Source of the DNA: Octopus bimaculoides | Lineage: Eukaryota | Assembly: GCF_001194135.2 (NCBI RefSeq) | Contig: NC_068982.1 | Coordinates: 145,828,851-145,870,314 of the forward strand | Direction: 5' to 3' | Length of the DNA stretch: 41,464 nucleotides | Shown: in pieces, positions 38,230 to 41,464 of the stretch | Position numbering within the stretch: position 1 is the first letter of the stretch | Layout: each line of letters begins with the position of its first letter | The notes under the pieces: model-generated | What the model was told of the DNA's origin: nothing | The model's input: only the letters and a program-made list of their open reading frames with translations | The model's database searches: none | Made by a program: the position numbers and the translations under genes

Positions 38230-39230
38230 TAATGGACGGGAAAGGTAGACCTGGTGCAACGACCATCTGAAATGACGATGGTTTCAGACAAGGCAACGAC
38301 GAATACTAAAACTGAGCCAGAGATTTTGTGACCAAGTCAGCACTAGTTCGCACATCGTCCTTAATCAAAGGTGCTGACATATGATTTTGAATATAATCCA
38401 CAAATACATATCAAAGGAGAAACCATGCATTATGTCTCCATGTACAGTAGATCTGCAACTACTACAATAGGATATCGATGTTGCACGCTACTGTCAAAGC
38501 AGGGAGCAGACAAAACAAATTATAGCACTGAGATTAAATCTCAGTTGTTGCTTTAAAATTAAGATCTCAAAATTGTTATCTTTGTAAAAGCAAATTTTAA
38601 AATGAGGGATGTAAACTGCAACATCATAAAATGAGTAGCTGCTTTCCTGATGTTTGGAGAGTACCACTTGCCACAGCTACGGGCGTAACGAGGGCGGACA
38701 CAAACGAATTCATCTCAGCCTCGGTGCAAGCAGCATTAGTGGCCAATAATAGATGAGAAAACGAGGCATATATTTCCTCACCAGAGGCTCCGAGAAAAAG
38801 TTCAAACCTATTGGACTGGAGTGACGAGGAGGACATTGGAAAATTGAGAAATATGGAAAACTGTCAGGGATGGTGTGCAACGAAAGGGTAAAAATGAGTA
38901 AGCGCAGAAAATGGCAACGAAGAAGCTGATTATTCGATAATTCAAGTAATAAAAATCCTTGAGTGTCGTTATTTTACTGCGGTCCGAGTACTTGCTGATC
39001 CCAAAAGAGGATCAATCTAATATTCTTCAGATTACATGGTGCATTGTATATGTATACCAAGAAATGCAGGAGGATAGAAGTTGTTTCATGTGTATCAAAA
39101 ACAAGAGAATGCAATTTCCATTTCGAGTGGTACCCTTCACAGCTCGGATAAGGAGAAAAATGTGGATAGGATATCACAGAGCACAGGAACATACAATTTA
39201 TTCAACATGGTGATAGAAAAGGGTTGTCAG
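38230..39230 (+). mobile_element. Decayed Ty3/gypsy pol fragment (RNase H end to integrase zinc-binding region)
   Basis: KVLTYDFE..IKGETMHYVSMYSR resembles L.YDF.I.Y.KG..ADALSR. DEEDIGKLRNMENCQGW resembles D..L..L...I..GW. LSVVILLRSEYLLIPKEDQSNILQI resembles GILL.G.RL.IP. YQEMQEDRSCFMCIKNK resembles W..M..DI...C..C. The motifs are in the correct order; no LTRs were seen. Confidence 0.55.
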
Positions 39231-40155
39231 GTTTTTGTTATTTCTTTGCTTTGATTTATAGGAATTAATGTCTGTCATATATATTCGCAGTCTTCTTGCG
39301 TTTTAGCGTTCTACATTATAATTTCTTATCCTCTCTTTTACATAATTATTCTCTATTTTGCATACTATATTTTAATTTCTAATATTTTTGTACCTCAACA
39401 TTGTATTTCCTTGCTACACTGTTTGGTTTTTGGCTATTTTCGGTTCAAATTTTATTCATGTATTTTAACAACAATAACAACAACATCCAAACATACAAAA
39501 AGAGAACTTCGTCCATTTCATCGCTTCAATTAAAAATATCAGCACAATCGCACGTGCTCTTAATTGTTTGACTCTTTCTCATTATATAATTTTCATATAT
39601 TGGAATGCTGTATCCACAGCTAAATTATTTAAAATGTTTCTTTAAAATGTAGCCTGCAGTTTGAGGGAGATTTCGTTGTTACTTCTACCAGATCGATCAA
39701 ATATAAATTCTTTGATTCCAACTCATAGTTGACTATCCCTGTGGTTATAGTGACATATAAAGACTTGAAGAATGGTTTCCGAAATCAAGTCAAGTGGATT
39801 ATAGGTTTTCTATATTCATGATAAATGATGCCACAACTACCTCCTTTGGACCATATTGATTATTTTTTTTCAAACAGTTCTACACGAAACCAGAAATTTA
39901 ATATGGAGAGGATAGATGATTATCTGACGTTTATAATTAAATTTTCTCCAATACATTAGCAGTGAATGTCTAGCGAATTATATTCAAAATTTAATCGAGA
40001 TCACCTTGTGGCCACTATTCCACCTCTCGGCGTTACCATCTCTATTTAAATTCATTAGAATTGTATGAAGAATATGAGACTATGAAGAAGTTTGATTTAA
40101 TTGTCGAACATGACAAATCTTTATTACGAGTTTGTTGATGATAATAGTATTGACT

Positions 40156-40164
40156 TCTTCTTCT

Positions 40165-40229
<65 letters not shown>

Positions 40230-40290
40230 GTAGTAGTAGTAATAGTAGTAGTAGTGCTACTACTACTAGTAGTAGTAGTAGCAGCAGCGG
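40156..40290. repeat. (TAC)n followed by its reverse complement (TAG/GTA)n
   Basis: The tactac...tactagtagtag junction near 40230 recurs at ~40258-40280. Confidence 0.95.
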
Positions 40291-40489
40291 CAGATACATA
40301 TGAATGCTTCATACTTCTTCGTTCTAATCAGTGTTTGATAAAACTGTTTTGTTATACAGATATGAACTAACATTAAGAATATTAAAATCGAGAAATATTT
40401 ACATTACTCAAAACTTATAGAAGGAGGTGTTGAAAGGTTCCTGGTTTTAATGGTATCGCGAACGGCCTGGTTCGAAGCCTAACCTCTCG

Positions 40490-40626
40490 AGTCCTTTTGC
40501 AGAGCTTAAAAAAGCTGAAGGACTGCTGCAATAAATGTGTGAATCTGAGAGGGGTGGGGGTATGTTAACTGAACGTCCTCTATTTCCTTTTACCGAAAGC
40601 CAGGAAATTTTCAGTACCCACTTGTA
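40490..40626 (+). mobile_element. Mariner-family 3' end: last transposase codons plus right TIR
   Basis: LKKLKDCCNKCVNLRG..YV resembles KL..RW.KC....G.YVE. It is followed by gccaggaaattttcagtacccacttgTA, the reverse complement of a TA-cgagggg..ctgaaaagttcctggc-like mariner end. Confidence 0.6.
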
Positions 40627-41275
40627 GATATTTCTAGGGAATCTCTCCTCATTAAATCGTAAAACGCTAATCATGCCTTCTTACAAGAAGGTATAAGCAG
40701 AAATAATAATGAGACGGGGCTGGATGTCGACTATAACATAAACGTAATAGAGATATCTAGATAAAAAAAGGTTCATTTCAAGGAAACTGATTTATGTAAT
40801 TGCGGAGGAGTTTTAACTATGAGCCTTCTATTGTTTTGAACACAATTCGATTTCCAGTGTTCGCTGTTTTATTTTAGAAGTAATCCAAAAATACGCAAGA
40901 TTAGTTCTAAAGAAGTAACATTTTTTAATGTAACATTAAAATAATATTAATTTTAGCAATAATGATGTTCATTCGTCGCTACAGTCATATACGGTGCATT
41001 GGTGCCATGAGAAACGAATTTACATAAGTTGAAATGATGGGCAAAATTTGTAAAAATGACGTCTTTCCTTACTAATGATCAGCCATTTTGTATACAAAAA
41101 TGGATGATCATAAGTAAGAAAAAACACACAAAATAGAAAGAAGAAAGCAAATGACCACTGAAGTGTGACGAAAGAACTCTGGTCGAAATAAGATTAATTA
41201 TAAAATGTAGTTGAAGCAAGTCAATACCAAATATGTAGTGCATGTGTTTTTAATGGCTAAACTGGCAACAAATAA

Positions 41276-41307
<32 letters not shown>

Positions 41308-41464
41308 TCATAAATATATAGGGATTGACAGTAACCTGCTTCTCCAACATACTGAGAATTCAGAAATAGCAGTCAAAGAACTACTGATTTCAAAACTACA
41401 AATTATTACTCCAGATTGATAGCGATATTTTTGATACACACAGAACAAAAAACAATAGAGAAGA

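Noticed and set aside
1-41464. CRISPR arrays, rRNA, genuine tRNA genes, prokaryotic or viral systems
   Set aside because: None seen. The tRNA-like segments are SINE heads, and the tandem repeats lack a repeat-spacer structure.

Overview
A 41.5 kb, very AT-rich animal genomic window with eight assembly gaps, most of them flanked by microsatellite. No intact protein-coding gene could be supported. It reads as intronic or intergenic DNA filled with old transposon remnants. These include many copies of two tRNA-derived SINE families that I recall as the abundant Octopus SINEs, so a cephalopod origin (probably Octopus) is an inference, not a search result. Also present: two DD37D (maT) Tc1/mariner copies, a mariner 3' end, an internally deleted MULE with TIRs, CR1/L2-like, RTE and R4/Dong-like LINE pieces, a decayed Ty3/gypsy pol and a Penelope-like fragment. 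The best signal is a near-canonical type I hammerhead ribozyme on the minus strand (21823-21884), with a palindromic stem III. It sits in a ~493 bp unit bounded by ~85 bp direct repeats next to the Penelope-like fragment, a PLE pseudo-LTR or retrozyme-like arrangement. A ~105 bp fold-back (3985-4089) and a few unassigned candidate exons also merit a check. All protein-family calls are by-eye motif recognition; no database searches were run.
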